Shown in pieces: positions 1 to 13,064 of a stretch of 64,000 nt of DNA. The stretch lies in NCBI RefSeq assembly GCF_006345805.1, contig NC_043003.1, positions 33,728,001 through 33,792,000 on the forward strand. Reading direction: 5' to 3'. Under the pieces are notes generated by a model that was given only the letters and a program-made list of their open reading frames with translations, did not search any database and was not told the DNA's origin. The position numbers and the translations under genes were made by a program. How positions within the stretch are numbered: position 1 is the first letter of the stretch; the number at the start of each line of letters is the position of its first letter. The stretch is from Octopus sinensis. Taxonomy: Eukaryota.

Positions 1-939
1 TGCGGATCTTATTATAAGTGAAAGTTTGTTGGAAGTGACAGAGGGGCAAAGAAATTATCACTTTTAAGATCGTTTACAAACTTATCAAATGCCTTGGTGA
101 CAACTAAAGAATTGTAGGAAGCAAAATTGATTTAATTATTTCGTTAATAAAGCAAAAGCGACTAACTAGCAGCATTGTTAGAATTCTGACAAAATGCTTT
201 GTGAATTTTCTTCGGTTTATTTGCGCTCAAGGCTCGAATTCTACAAGATCAACTTTCCCTTTCATTCTTCTGCGTCAATAAAATAAGTACAATCCAAAAG
301 TAGGGCCGATGTAATCAACTAACCTACTGTCCCCTTAATATATTGCCTTATACAAAGATTTGAAACAATTTTGTCGTTGATAAAGCTGAAGAGGTGTACC
401 GAAACTTTTCCTTAAATTTTCCTAGAAATTGCTTTTTGTCAGATTCATTAATCTGATATCGTATAAGAAAAAGAAATATTAGATAATTTGCTTCTGTAAT
501 TGCTCCTCCAGAAACGAAAATGATTTGGATAAGGGTGGAATTTCATTTCAACTTAAGATCCTGGATAAAAAAAAATATCATGGACCTAATCCACCACAGA
601 ATGCCTCCCATTAGCACTATAACGGCTAAGTAATATAGTGGAGTAGATTCCATTACAACATTCTTCTTTTACGAATAGTTAGTTTGTACTCTAAGAGCAA
701 AAATCGTAATCTATTTTATCGAATTGATTACTCTGTCTAAGTGAACATATGGAAAACAAAGGTTTTCTATGCTGCCAAAAAAAATGAAAATAAACATTTA
801 AGAATTGAGAGTAAAAATATTGTCCTCTTGATGTATTGAAAAAAATTTGTAAACTTGGAACCATACCAGAATTAGCTGAATAAACGAAAAGATAAATGAA
901 TTTTTCAATTTTTCTGTATGAGCACGCGTGCGCGCGCAC

Positions 940-1310
940 ACACACACGGTTGCATACATACACTCACACACACAAACATAGACATACACACACACACACA
1001 TATATATATATTCGTTTCATCTGTTTATACTTCAGTCATTACATCAATTCAGTGTACTTCCTGGAGAGATTATATTTTTATGTTTTATACTTATCTTCAA
1101 TTCTCCCGCCTAATATTAGCGTAATTGACATGAAAATTAAGCGTGTGTATGTGAGTCTGGCTCTCTCCCCATCTCTCTCGATATATACATATATATATAC
1201 ATATATATATATGTATGTATATGTATATATATACATATATATATGTATATATATATATGTATATATACATATATATGTATATATACATATATATATGTAT
1301 ATATATATGC

Positions 1311-1386
<76 letters not shown>

Positions 1387-1420
1387 ACACATATATATTC
1401 ATAAATCATGCTGTCGCCAG
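940..1420. repeat. compound (CA)n/(TA)n/(TATG)n microsatellite mosaic
   Basis: Directly visible dinucleotide mosaics; source of the YIYI/HTHT ORFs. Confidence 0.95.
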
Positions 1421-2015
1421 TATATATGACATTACTTATTGATTGCTTTGTTTGTTCTTTCCTTTATGTATCTATAGCTTATATCTTTATATAACGTATT
1501 TAACTTGCATTCTAGAACACAGAATTTTCTTTTCTTTTGTTCTTATTAGTGAAACGACTTTCCTATTTCTGTATTTAAATCTGATACAGGTTCTATATGT
1601 TTGGTTTTATATTTAGATTAATTGTTTTAGCTGTCAATTGTTTGATTATATGATATATCTACCTAAAACTATTTAGACGTCCTCATCTCTCTGACATTTA
1701 ATTGGTACATAACAGTACTATTACGTACACACACAGACACATGCACACGCACATACACGAATTTATCTTTCTCTCTTCATATATATATATGCATATATGT
1801 ATATATCTCTCTATATATATTCCCTCAAATATTAATAATTATATATATATATATATATATATATGTGTATGTACCACACTTTTTCCAAGTGTCCTGAGGA
1901 AGTGGTCTTCACCCCGAAATATAGAAATACAAGGTAAAACTGCAACTTTGTTCCATTTTCATTTTGTAGTTTAATTTGTACCTTCTCGCATTTTTCGGTC
2001 CTTAGACCACAACCT

Positions 2016-2089
<74 letters not shown>

Positions 2090-2375
2090 TATGTAAGTAT
2101 TTATCTTGGGGGACCTCATTCGCGTGATAATGACCATAGTCAATATATGATGATAGTTTGAGTATATTGATAACAATGTGTTACAAATTGAGAACCATAC
2201 ACAGTAATGATGTTAGAGGGGAGTTTCGTACGAAAAGCAATCTTTCCCAGGGAAGAACACTTAAACAAACCTCGGACAAACAGGATTATGTCGGATCATC
2301 ATTAGAGCGATTACTTTAGTATGAAAATGTCCGGTATCACCTTGATTTATGATGATTCATTGATAAACACACACA

Positions 2376-2545
2376 CATACATACATACATACATACATAC
2401 ATACATACATACATACATACATACATGCATGCATGCATACATACATACATACATACATACATACATGCATGCATACATACATACATACATACATACATAC
2501 ATACATACATACATACATACATACATACATACATACATACATACC
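2376..2545. repeat. (TACA)n tetranucleotide microsatellite
   Basis: About 40 TACA units with TGCA interruptions. Confidence 0.97.
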
Positions 2546-2974
2546 TACATTACAAGATTCGATTCTCTGGAGAGGCTTGCTGGTCACTTTCTTCCGTCTT
2601 TTCAGCGTTTTTACACAATTTTAAAAGCTAATGTCACAGTCTATCTGCATTCGACAATTTTTTTATATTCAGCATAATACCAACTCAGTCGGCGCTTCTA
2701 AGTTTGTTTACTAAAAATCCCATACTGCTTAGTGGTAATGTGTGTGTGTGTATGTGTGTTCCTTATTTGTTAAAGTTCTGGGCTCGATTTTTAAAACTGT
2801 CTCCATCATTTTTAAGCCTTTTCAAGTAACTTAGCGTGTGTTCGGTTTTTGTCGATGAGTATATTGTGGGTATGATAATCCTTGGTGTTTACTTTTGTTT
2901 ACTTTTTTGTTTGTTTGTTTGTTTTACATACGCTAAGTCTACATGCCTTATATTCTACGAGTAGGAAAATTTAG

Positions 2975-3282
2975 GGAAGGCGCGTGGTATAGTGATTAGG
3001 ATATTCAGCTCATGATTGTGAGTGTGTTTTCTGGTCACCCTATGTGTTCCGGAGCAAGACACTTATTTCACATTGCCCCAGTCCACTCAGGTGGCGAAAA
3101 TAAGTTGTGCATGCAATTCAAAAGGCAAACCATATCACATTCTGTGTTACGCTCAATCTTCCCAAGAACTACGTTGAGGACACACGTGGCTCTAGAGTTA
3201 TTTGCACTTAATTTCACGAGCAGGCTGTTCTTTTGGTCGAATCAACTGGAACACACATCGATGTAAACGACGAAGTTCCAAT
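2975..3282 (+). mobile_element. degenerate tRNA/CORE-like SINE with the 'GAGAACTACGTT...GCAGGCTGTTC' tail
   Basis: A-box-like GCGTGGTATAGTG, CORE-like GAGCAAGACACTTATTTCAC, and a 3' tail (about 3150-3280) homologous to the tail of the SINE at 4369-4752. Confidence 0.65.
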
Positions 3283-3424
3283 CTTTATAAAATTTATATG
3301 AATTTCATCATTCGTTTTTGGTTTGGCATTTAAAAATTTTTGCCTTTTTATTTGCATTACACATCTTAAAGTTTTCGATAATTATGTAAGATAATTTCCA
3401 TGTGTTAATACTATATTTTCTTAA

Positions 3425-4075
3425 GGCGGCGAGCCAGCAGAAATGCTAGAGCGGCGGCGAGCTGGCAGAAACGTTAGTACGCCGGGTGAAATGCTTTGTG
3501 ATATTTCGTCCGCCGTTACGTTCTGAGTTCAAATTCCGCCGAGGTCGACTTTGCCTTTCATCCTTTCGGGGTCGATTAATTAAGTACCGGTTACGCACTG
3601 GGGTCGATATAATCGACTTAATCCATTTGTCTGTCCTTGTTTGTCCTCTGTGTTTAGCCTCTTGTGGGTAGTAAAGAAATAAGTATTTCGTCTGGCTTTA
3701 CGTTCTGAGTTCAAATTCTGCCGAGGTCTACTTTACTTTTCATCCTTTCGGAGTCGATGAATTAAGTAACAGTTACGTACTGAGGTCAATCTAATCGACT
3801 GGCCCACTTCTCCAAAATTTCGGGCCTTGTACCTAGAGTAAAAAAGAATACTGCATTTTCTTAAGGTGGCGAGCTGGCAGAATCGTTAAACACGCTGGAC
3901 AAAATGCTTAATGTCATTCCGTCTGTCTTTACATTCTGATTTCAAACGCCACCGAGGTCGACTTTGCATTTCATCCATTCTGGGTCGAAAAAATAGGCAC
4001 CAGCTGCGTACTGGGAAACTTAATCGACTTACCCCCACCCTTTAAATTACTGGTCTTGTACCAAAATTTGAAACT
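3425..4075 (+). mobile_element. cluster of tRNA-derived SINE family A copies (aborted head, dimeric copy, monomer)
   Basis: Head GGCGGCGAGCTGGCAGAAACGTTAG, B-box GAGTTCAAATTCC and central CCTTTCATCCTTTCGGGGTCGAT recur at about 3451, 3700 and 3865. Confidence 0.9.
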
Positions 4076-4368
4076 ACTATTGTATCTTCTCAAATTACTT
4101 AATCTGTTGGGATCCAGAGATATGTTCATATAAAGTTTATTTTTCTCTCCAGATATTAACTATTATTAACTATACTTTTACATGTTGTTGTCTCGGTTTC
4201 GTGTTGAAAGTAGATGTAAAATAGTATTGTTGCATAGGACGTATTACTTTTGTATTCACTTATGAAATTTGTATTTCTTTGCAACGTTTGTAGAGTAAAT
4301 TTGACCAAATTATTTAGATAGTGGTAACTGGTTTTACCGTTCATTGATTCACATATTTCTTGTGAAGT

Positions 4369-4752
4369 GGATGCGCAATGGCCCAGTGGTTAGGGCAGCG
4401 GACTTGCGGTCGTAGGATCGCGGTTTCGATTCCTAGACCGGGCGTTGTGAGTGTTTATTGAGCGAAAACACCTAAAGCTCCACGAGGCTCCGGCAGGGCA
4501 TGGTGGTGATCCCTGCTGTACTCTTTCACCACAACTTTCTCTCACTCTTTCTTCTTGTTTCTGTTGTACCTGTATTTCAAAGGGCCGGCCGTGTCACTCT
4601 CTCAGTGTCACGCTGAATATCCCCGAGAACTACGTTAAGATACACGTGTCTGTGGAGTGCTCAGCCACTTACACGTTAATTTCACGGGCAGGCTGTTCCG
4701 TTGGTTGGATCAACCGGAACCCTCATCGTCGTAACCGACGGAGTGCTTCCCA
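4369..4752 (+). mobile_element. tRNA-derived SINE family C, tail type 1
   Basis: A-box TGGCCCAGTGG (4379-4389) and B-box GGTTTCGATTCC (4422-4433). The body is shared with 28555-28857 and 53321-53600. Confidence 0.9.
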
Positions 4753-5487
4753 TTTTTGGTGATGTGTGATTGCATACTTTGCATTTCTCACATACACAAT
4801 ATGCGAGTTCAAATTCAAACTAATCGTTTATGTTTTAATCAAGTACCAACAATTTTAAATAATGTTTCTTTTTTTCAGTTTTAATTTGTCTGACTGAGAT
4901 TTTACTCGTTCCTGCTTAGTGTGCTTCCTTGTGGTGGCTACTAAGCTGTTATTGCTAACATTTACACTACATTATATTAAGCCAAAAAAAAGAAAAAAAC
5001 TTTTCATAACGGACCAATTCATTATTTACACAAATACCCTTCAACAATTTCGCTATTTGTTTTTCATTTTCTTCATTGTTATTTTATCGATGTTATATAT
5101 TTCGGAGCAATAACAAAATAATATATCCTGTATTTCATCTCTAGTTCTGCTCTCTCGTTTCTTGAGCTAACTTGTCGTCCACAATGCTATTGTTGTTATT
5201 ATTATAATGTAAACATTATTATCGGGAGTGGACAGGATGACTGAGTTTGTATATCGCTGGGCAAAATACTTCGTACTTGAACAATATACTTTTATCATCC
5301 TAGGTTTTGTATAAAGTAAATACTAGTCTCTATGTGGAAATATTATAGGTATTCTACAAGCACAACCCTTTACTTTGATGATATGTTCCTTCGTTAGAGT
5401 ACCAAGGTATTTCGTTGATCCCCATTATTCTTTAATTTTATCCTTTATTGTGGTGTCTGAAATGATTTGATCACTTTTGCCATTAAA

Positions 5488-5488
<1 letters not shown>

Positions 5489-5518
<30 letters not shown>

Positions 5519-5560
5519 CTTCTTCTTCTTCTTCTTCTTCTTCTTCTCTTCTTCTTCTTC

Positions 5561-5591
<31 letters not shown>

Positions 5592-6105
5592 CAGTCGGAT
5601 AACAGCAGCTGGAGAGAAAATCCGGCTACTGGACGCATTCATTCAGCATCTGAGCTCTACTGATCTTGAAGAACTTTTATCGTTTGTAGGACTGATCAAG
5701 ATATCGGCTGAAGACATATTGTAGATTTCCCCACCACCTCATTTAATCCTACGTTTGATGGCGATAGCGAAATGGGTTTTGTGATAGACTTAAATGATTG
5801 AAATCAGACACCGTATACTTCGATCAAGTCCTCATGGACATTTTCAAGTCCAACTCACAAAGGAAAATGCAGGTGGACTCTACACGTTAGTGATTTGTCC
5901 ATAAATGCGTGACTGGCGAAAATTATCGGAATAAATGGAAATATTCTCAGTATGTTTGCACATTGGTGAGAGTTCAAGCTCACGAGGATTAAGGTGATCT
6001 TAGATGCCCGGAATTCATTCATATACACTAGTTGAATACGTTGCCTATTAAAAGCAGATATCTTTCGTATCTTGTCACCCCTGTCTTCTTGCATCTAATA
6101 TCTCA
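5489..6105 (-). mobile_element. degraded LINE 3' end with (GAA)n tail
   Basis: Minus-strand stop-riddled frame (..IPGI*DHLNPRELELSPMCKH..) runs into a (GAA)n tract at 5489-5590. LINE identity is inferred from this architecture. Confidence 0.4.
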
Positions 6106-6766
6106 CAGTCTTTAATCCTTGTCCCATTTTATGTACACTTCCACATAATTTACAACCACTATTTGTAATTTCTTTATATGATAACTTCTTGGCATCATAT
6201 AAGGTGGACAGTCCAACATTTCGGGATCGATAAAATAAGTGCCAGTTGAGTACTGGGGTGGATGCAATCGAGTTATCCCCTTCACGTTACTGCTGGATTT
6301 GCACCAACATTTGAAATCATTATTGTTGTTCTTGTTAACGTTATTAAATTTCTTTTAAATTTAGTAAAACACTTGTTTGTGACAACATACCAACCAATCT
6401 ATCGTTGGCGTATGTCACGTTTTAGATAAATCAGAAATTATTTAAACAATATTGTTTCCGTTTTCATACCTGAAAAAATCACACATAGGAAGACTTAAAT
6501 CTGCAAAGACTGTGAGTGAAGTGCACTGCATCCCATCAAGTTCAATATATAAGTCTACATCTGTAAAAAAAATATAACACGATTTCATATAACGTACTAG
6601 CAAAATCTATTACTATATGGCGGATACATTTAAAGAAAGTTTCCTATGTTAAGTGCGAAGTTATTATACTATCATTATGACTTGTGTATTCGTTTATCAT
6701 GTTTTGGGTTTGCATTGTTTAGAATAAAATGTATATTTTAAATAACACTCAATGGATATTTTATAC

Positions 6767-6769
<3 letters not shown>

Positions 6770-6812
<43 letters not shown>

Positions 6813-6814
6813 CT

Positions 6815-6910
<96 letters not shown>

Positions 6911-6931
6911 TATGTATGTATGTATGTATAT

Positions 6932-6983
<52 letters not shown>

Positions 6984-7005
6984 GTTTGTGTGTGTGTGTG
7001 TGTTT
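6770..7005. repeat. (CTAT)n-(TA)n-(TG)n compound microsatellite
   Basis: Directly visible. Confidence 0.95.
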
Positions 7006-7189
7006 GTAACAACCACAACTGAACCAGACATATTATTTTTCATAATTATTTAAAAAGAAATTTCACATTTGACTGACTGAGTTTAAAATAATACAACGTA
7101 ATTAGAAAGAATGGTAAACATTGCAAGTAATTCAAAGGATAATCATTATTCAGGTAAAAGGCGAAAACATATCAATTTCAAAATTTGAC

Positions 7190-7890
7190 ACAAGACCCGT
7201 AATTTCGAGGATAAGTCGATTACATTGGCATCCAGTACTCAACTGGTTCTCATTTTAAAGGATGGATGGCAAAGTCAACCTCGGTGAAATTTGAACTCAG
7301 AACTTAAAGTCTGACGAAATGCCGACAAGAATTTTTGCGTGGCATGTTAACGATTCTCCGAGCTCGCTGCCTTGAAAGGCCAAAATATATTGGCTTCAAA
7401 TTTTGGCACAATGCCAGAAATTTCGTTGGGAGGGGAGGGGGGTTAGTCGATTACATCGACCCCCAGTGCACAACTGGTTCTTATTTTATCGACTTCGAAT
7501 GGCAAAGTCTACCCCAGCGGAATACGAACTCAGAGCGTAAAGACGGACAAATTGCCGCTATGCGTTTTGCCCGGTGTTCTACTGATTCTGCCAACTTGCT
7601 GCCATAAAGGACACAACAGATTAAAAAACAATTAGACATTACGATATCATTTTAAAAGGCGGCGAGCTGGCAGAACCGTTAGCACGCCGGGCGAAATGCG
7701 TAGCCGTATTTCGTCTGCCGTTACGTTCTGATTTCCAATTCCGCCCAGGTCGACTTTGCCTTTCATGCTTTCGGGGTCGATAAATTAAGTACCAGTTACG
7801 CACTGGGGTCGATGTAATCGACTCAATCCGTTTGTTTGTCCTTGTTTGTCACCTCTATGTTTAGCCCCTTGGGAGTAACAAAGAAACAGA
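7190..7890. mobile_element. three SINE family A copies (two on minus at 7190-7605, one on plus at 7657-7890)
   Basis: Reverse-complement B-box GAATTTGAACTCAGAAC at about 7290; plus-strand head GGCGGCGAGCTGGCAGAACCG at 7658. Confidence 0.88.
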
Positions 7891-9514
7891 TATCTTTTTT
7901 AAAAGGCTCACTAGCAGACAATATCTTAATGTATGCATATCTGTTTGTAGGTCATCATGTGATACTGTAACGAATGTCCAATACATCTACTATTGGCCCT
8001 TTGCCTACATTAGCTCGAGGCGCCGATTTCACGGGATTACCTTAAACGCTCACCGGGAATGTTGTGTGCTTTTCATCCGTCTCGTCAATTATATAGGAAT
8101 CTATTATATTTTATTTTCCGAATATTTCTTATCGCCTATATTACGATATATGTGTTTACCATATAATTAATTATATTACTTTTATTTCCGTGTTTGTCTT
8201 GGTTGCAGTGTCATAGACATCATGCTAGGCCTACCTGAAAAATAAATGGAAAAATTAACAACAAAGTACACAACATAGTGCTTCAGTGTGAGAACCTCAG
8301 CGCCGAAAATATGAACGGTAACTAGAAAATGTGCATCAAGATATTCAAAACCACAATAGACTGAGAATGTGAGGCTTAAGAGCAGTTTAAATTTGTATAC
8401 AGAAAGAGGATATAATGCCGAGCATAAATATGGCGTACATGCGTGATACCATCAGTAACAAATGTAAACAAATATACTCCGAAATAGATGATACGACATA
8501 CAGAATTGCATGTAACATTGACATTACGAAAAATCAGGAAAAATGAAAACTGTGAAATACGGGGGAGGAAAAATTAATGAAAAAAATATGAGGTGATTGT
8601 TTCGAGAAAATGAGAGACATAAAATCAAAGGAAAGCTAAAAATTATGATTAGAGGAAAGAGAAGTCATTACCAACCTACTCTGAGTAGCAGAGAAGGTTA
8701 AATTGAAAGAAAGTGAAGATTACCTTTGGAACATGAGGAATAAGAATTGAGGTAAGAGAAATTATGACTACGAAAGAAGGTAAGAGCAACTGCAAATTTG
8801 AAATAATGATACGATTCACCAATTTGATATTGCTGAGATGAACATTGTATGTCGGTTGTTGTGCAGTCGTAAGAGGAAGCACTGAAGTACCCTTAGCGCT
8901 AAATTGAAGCAGTACCAGGATTCCACGAATATACTTTTTAGCTCGAGGAATTGTTTGACCAACATGAAGGGATCAACACTAATACAATCATTCGTAACAA
9001 CAATTAAGCATTCATTTTAGATGGAGTTTAGTATACACACTGTTACATGGGCGATCCTCTATTTCTCCCGTTTAAAAACAACAAATTTATCACAACGCTA
9101 TTAATTTACATGCATGGGGAAAATTTATTTTATTGACAAATATAAAGCAATTCTGTCTCAATTTTCGGAGCTTTATAATGAACAATTTCTACAGTTTGTA
9201 TTCCGAAAACATTCAGTTGGAAAACATTCCCTACGCAACAGCGAACCAGAATATGAAACTCAGAATTCTAGAAGAAACAACGAGAAAGTACAGAAAACAT
9301 GAAACCAGAAAATATCAGTGCACTTTGAAGAAGGTAAGATGAGAAACTTAGAGAAATTTTACAAGGTATTGGCAATATTTGTTGATAAAGATAGACCTTC
9401 TCCGGTATATTGAAATATAATTGATCAAACTCGAGGATAGTAAAATATATATATTTCTTGTTCCTTTACTATTTTCAAATGGAAAACAATGCTAGATTAT
9501 CTTAACTAGCGAAC

Positions 9515-10580
9515 CCCAAATTTTGCTATTTTTTCGTAGTTAAGCAGGGTAAGTATACATATTTTCTACTGTTTCTTCCAAAAAATTACCCTGGAATTGC
9601 TTTATATCACTATACACCTTTCACATAAAAAGAATTCAAGTTTATCGATCCGCATGGAGCCTTGACTCATTATTGAAGCTTCATTTTCCGAAATAAAATC
9701 TCAGAACTAAGAAATGAATTTATTTGTTATCTTGTAAATTCATATTCATTCCGTATCCTTATGATATGTGGAAGCCTTCTTGTCTGAAATTCTATGAGAT
9801 GTCCATAATCCATCACCTTACATAATTCATTGCAGCTAAAAGACAATATTTTTTATTTCATTCATCGACCATTTATATTCTTACTATATTGTATTATTAA
9901 TGTTTACCTGATGACAGAAGTGTATCACCTTAATTTTATTAATGATAACAATCAAACTCAAACAAGAATGGCGTTATACCACGCGCTTAAAGATGATTCT
10001 GAAAGGGATGAAAATGAAGTTCACGGCGCTCCAGTAAAATCCTCATCTTTATATTTGAGAAGCTACATGAATGTACAGCATATCAATCAGGACCCAACAA
10101 ATCATTCGTAGAGTATTAAATCTGATTTAAAAAAAAAACCCTACCAACATAGATATCACGAGCAGTTTCTATTGATAAGAAACATCACTAAACAAAACTG
10201 AAAAAGTGTCGCGTGTCTGCAAATGGAATTTGAATCTTGTGATGTTTAATGTTGTAAAGTAGTAATCATGGGCATATTATGGAATTTTAGGAGAGAAAGA
10301 TTCCGCAATACGACATATTAATAGTGATGCAAAATGAAGGTGAATTTAGGACAAGATAACAATTAAATTCTTTTGTTTCAGCTAAGATTTCATTTCGAAA
10401 ATAAAACTCCAATAATTACTGTACGGTCTATTGATTTATGAACCATGCGGATCAGATAACTTTAACTCTATTTACGTGAAAGGTGGACAGTAATATAAAA
10501 CAATTCTGGAGCGATTTTCGGGAAGAAACAGAAGAAAATAAGGATAGACGTCATATTTAAATACGAATAAATAACTTGGA
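9515..10580. mobile_element. old fold-back/MITE-like element with diverged long inverted arms
   Basis: About 9515-9770 is the diverged reverse complement of about 10310-10580 (e.g. CCATGCGGATC, GTGAAAGGTG, GGAAGAAACAG). Confidence 0.6.
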
Positions 10581-10887
10581 TGTTATTTGAGCTGGAGGCT
10601 ATCATGTAGACAAAAACTTTGTAGAATCATTAAGGAAGTACAGATATCAGACCCATCTCAATCTAGAAGATCAATAATTAAACGTATCAGTAATAGAACA
10701 AAGGAAAAGGTTTCCTTCTAGTGGAAGTTAGCAAACCTGCAAGAAGTGAAGCCTAATAAATAAATATTTATAAATAAGAATGAACGCGGTCATGAAATCA
10801 AACGATTTTTAATGTCGAGATACATGTCCCTACCCCGAATTATTTGAGGCTTATTAAAATATTAGCTGTCTGAACCATCGGATACAA

Positions 10888-10986
10888 GACAATGAGGTCA
10901 AAATCAAGATGAAACCAACTCAAATTGAATGCTCTTAGACAACGTTCAATTTTAGTTGGTTTCATTTCCATTTTTGCCTCGTTGTC
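10888..10986. other. 99-nt imperfect hairpin (pre-miRNA-like or mini fold-back)
   Basis: Upper stem TGAAACCAACTCAAATTGAATG / CGTTCAATTTTAGTTGGTTTCA (22 bp, 1 mismatch, 1 G-U), 11-nt loop, and a further ~22-bp lower stem. Confidence 0.5.
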
Positions 10987-11201
10987 ACTGGAAACTTGCA
11001 GTTTTATTTGCATGTGTAGTAGCGTTTCTTTAAAAAACTGAACGATTGTAGGTGACCTAGCATATATGCACTCTCTAACAAAATATAAAAATCATTTCGA
11101 AAGATTTCTGATAATTTCACGTCGAAGCTGTGATAATGACATCTGACTAAAAATAGAATCAGTATTGTTATCATTATTAATACTGCCTTCAATATTATTG
11201 T

Positions 11202-11256
11202 TGTTGTTGTTGTTGTTGTTGTTCTTCTTCTTCTTCTTCTTCTTCTTCTTCTTCTT

Positions 11257-11287
<31 letters not shown>

Positions 11288-11344
11288 TTATTATTATTAT
11301 TATATTATTATTATTATTATTATTATCATTATTATTATTATTAT

Positions 11345-11386
<42 letters not shown>

Positions 11387-11388
11387 AG
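11202..11388. repeat. (GTT)n(CTT)n(ATT)n(AGT)n compound trinucleotide array
   Basis: Directly visible. Confidence 0.97.
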
Positions 11389-12064
11389 TTGTTGTCCATA
11401 TTCTTGTTATTTTTGTCGCCACGCCAACATAATTTCCATGAGTTGTATTCCTTGGTAGTAATATTTTACTACACCCACCACCACCTCTCTTTCTTTCTCT
11501 CTCTTTCTATCTCCCCATCTCCCCCCTCTCTCTCTCTCTTTCTTTATCTCACTTTCCTGCGAGTTTTGAAGGGAACTGCATTCCTGTCAACATTTCCTAA
11601 TTACTAGCTGCTTTTCTGAAAGTGTCACCACTAACCTCAGGTAAGGCGTTTGATCGGCAGATGCAGATGGTAGTTTTACTGGTTCTCCTTCTTTCCCCAT
11701 CAATTACAGTTTCGTCGTTATTAGTAAGTGACTTGCCTCTTGCATGCTTGGTTCATCCTCCCAATTTGGTTTGGATTTTGTCTCTGTGTGTGCGTGGTTG
11801 CATATGGCAGTGTTTTGAGTGTATGTGTTTTTGTGAGTGTCAGTATATACACATGCCCGTGTGCATGCGTGTGTGTATAAGTATGTTTGCGTGTGTAAGC
11901 GTGCCATCAAAAATACACTCACTCATACGGACATATATGTACACACACATATATATAAAAACTTAGATATGTATATGTATGTATCTATATATATGTTTGC
12001 ATGTATTTGTCTATAGGTGACCTAGCATATATGCACTCTCAAACAAAATATAAAAATATATATG

Positions 12065-12099
<35 letters not shown>

Positions 12100-12104
12100 A
12101 TATA

Positions 12105-12195
<91 letters not shown>

Positions 12196-12629
12196 TATAT
12201 ATACAAACAAACATACATAGACATAGATATATATATATATACAAACAAACATACATAGACACACAGTTGAACATACGCAAGCACGCAAGTACATATATAT
12301 CGTTTCCTAAAATATCTCCCCAAATTTCTTTCCCCATAAAATCTCTCAGATTCCAACACCACCCAATCCTTCCTCTTCATTTCCCATCAGTGAAATAACC
12401 CCCACATTCATCAAGAACGCGTCAGATCTAATTTCTCGACAACCGCGGAAAAATCTTAGTTTTTTTCTGCAGCTTTTCAATTTTTTTCGTCACATTATTT
12501 TTCATTAATTTTTCTGTTTTGGTGGAGTGTGCTGTGCATATTTTTTTTTCTTTTTGCTTCATTTTGGTTCCATTACTTAAATATTCTATACGAAAATTAT
12601 ATGTGTTTTTTCCACGCCTATCGTTTACA

Positions 12630-12767
12630 TCCTAATCATCAGCATCACTCTTCTTTAATACCTACTCCCCCTTTACTCTTTCATCATTGTCATGAACACC
12701 ATCATCTCCACCACCAACACCATCACTAACAGGACCACAACCATCACTACACTCATCAGCTCTCATA

Positions 12768-12819
<52 letters not shown>

Positions 12820-12864
12820 CAACAACAACAATAATAATAATAATGATAATAATAATAATAATAA

Positions 12865-12895
<31 letters not shown>

Positions 12896-13033
12896 AAGAA
12901 TGCGAATCATCATTATTATTATCATCGTCATTTTTGCTCTCATTAACATCATACATAAAGAACAAAATCATAATTTCCATCAGTATAACAGCAACCAAAC
13001 TCAACATCGTTATCGTCGTCGTCGTCGTCGTCG

Positions 13034-13064
<31 letters not shown>

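Noticed and set aside
4369-4445. tRNA-like sequences at SINE heads (also 28555, 29316, 3451)
   Set aside because: A/B boxes are present, but they run straight into SINE bodies and no complete cloverleaf is evident; they are not tRNA genes.
6800-6985. Single-base phase slips (ATAATA) within (TA)n tracts, recurring across the window
   Set aside because: These could be sequencing or consensus errors in long dinucleotide runs; not interpretable without reads.
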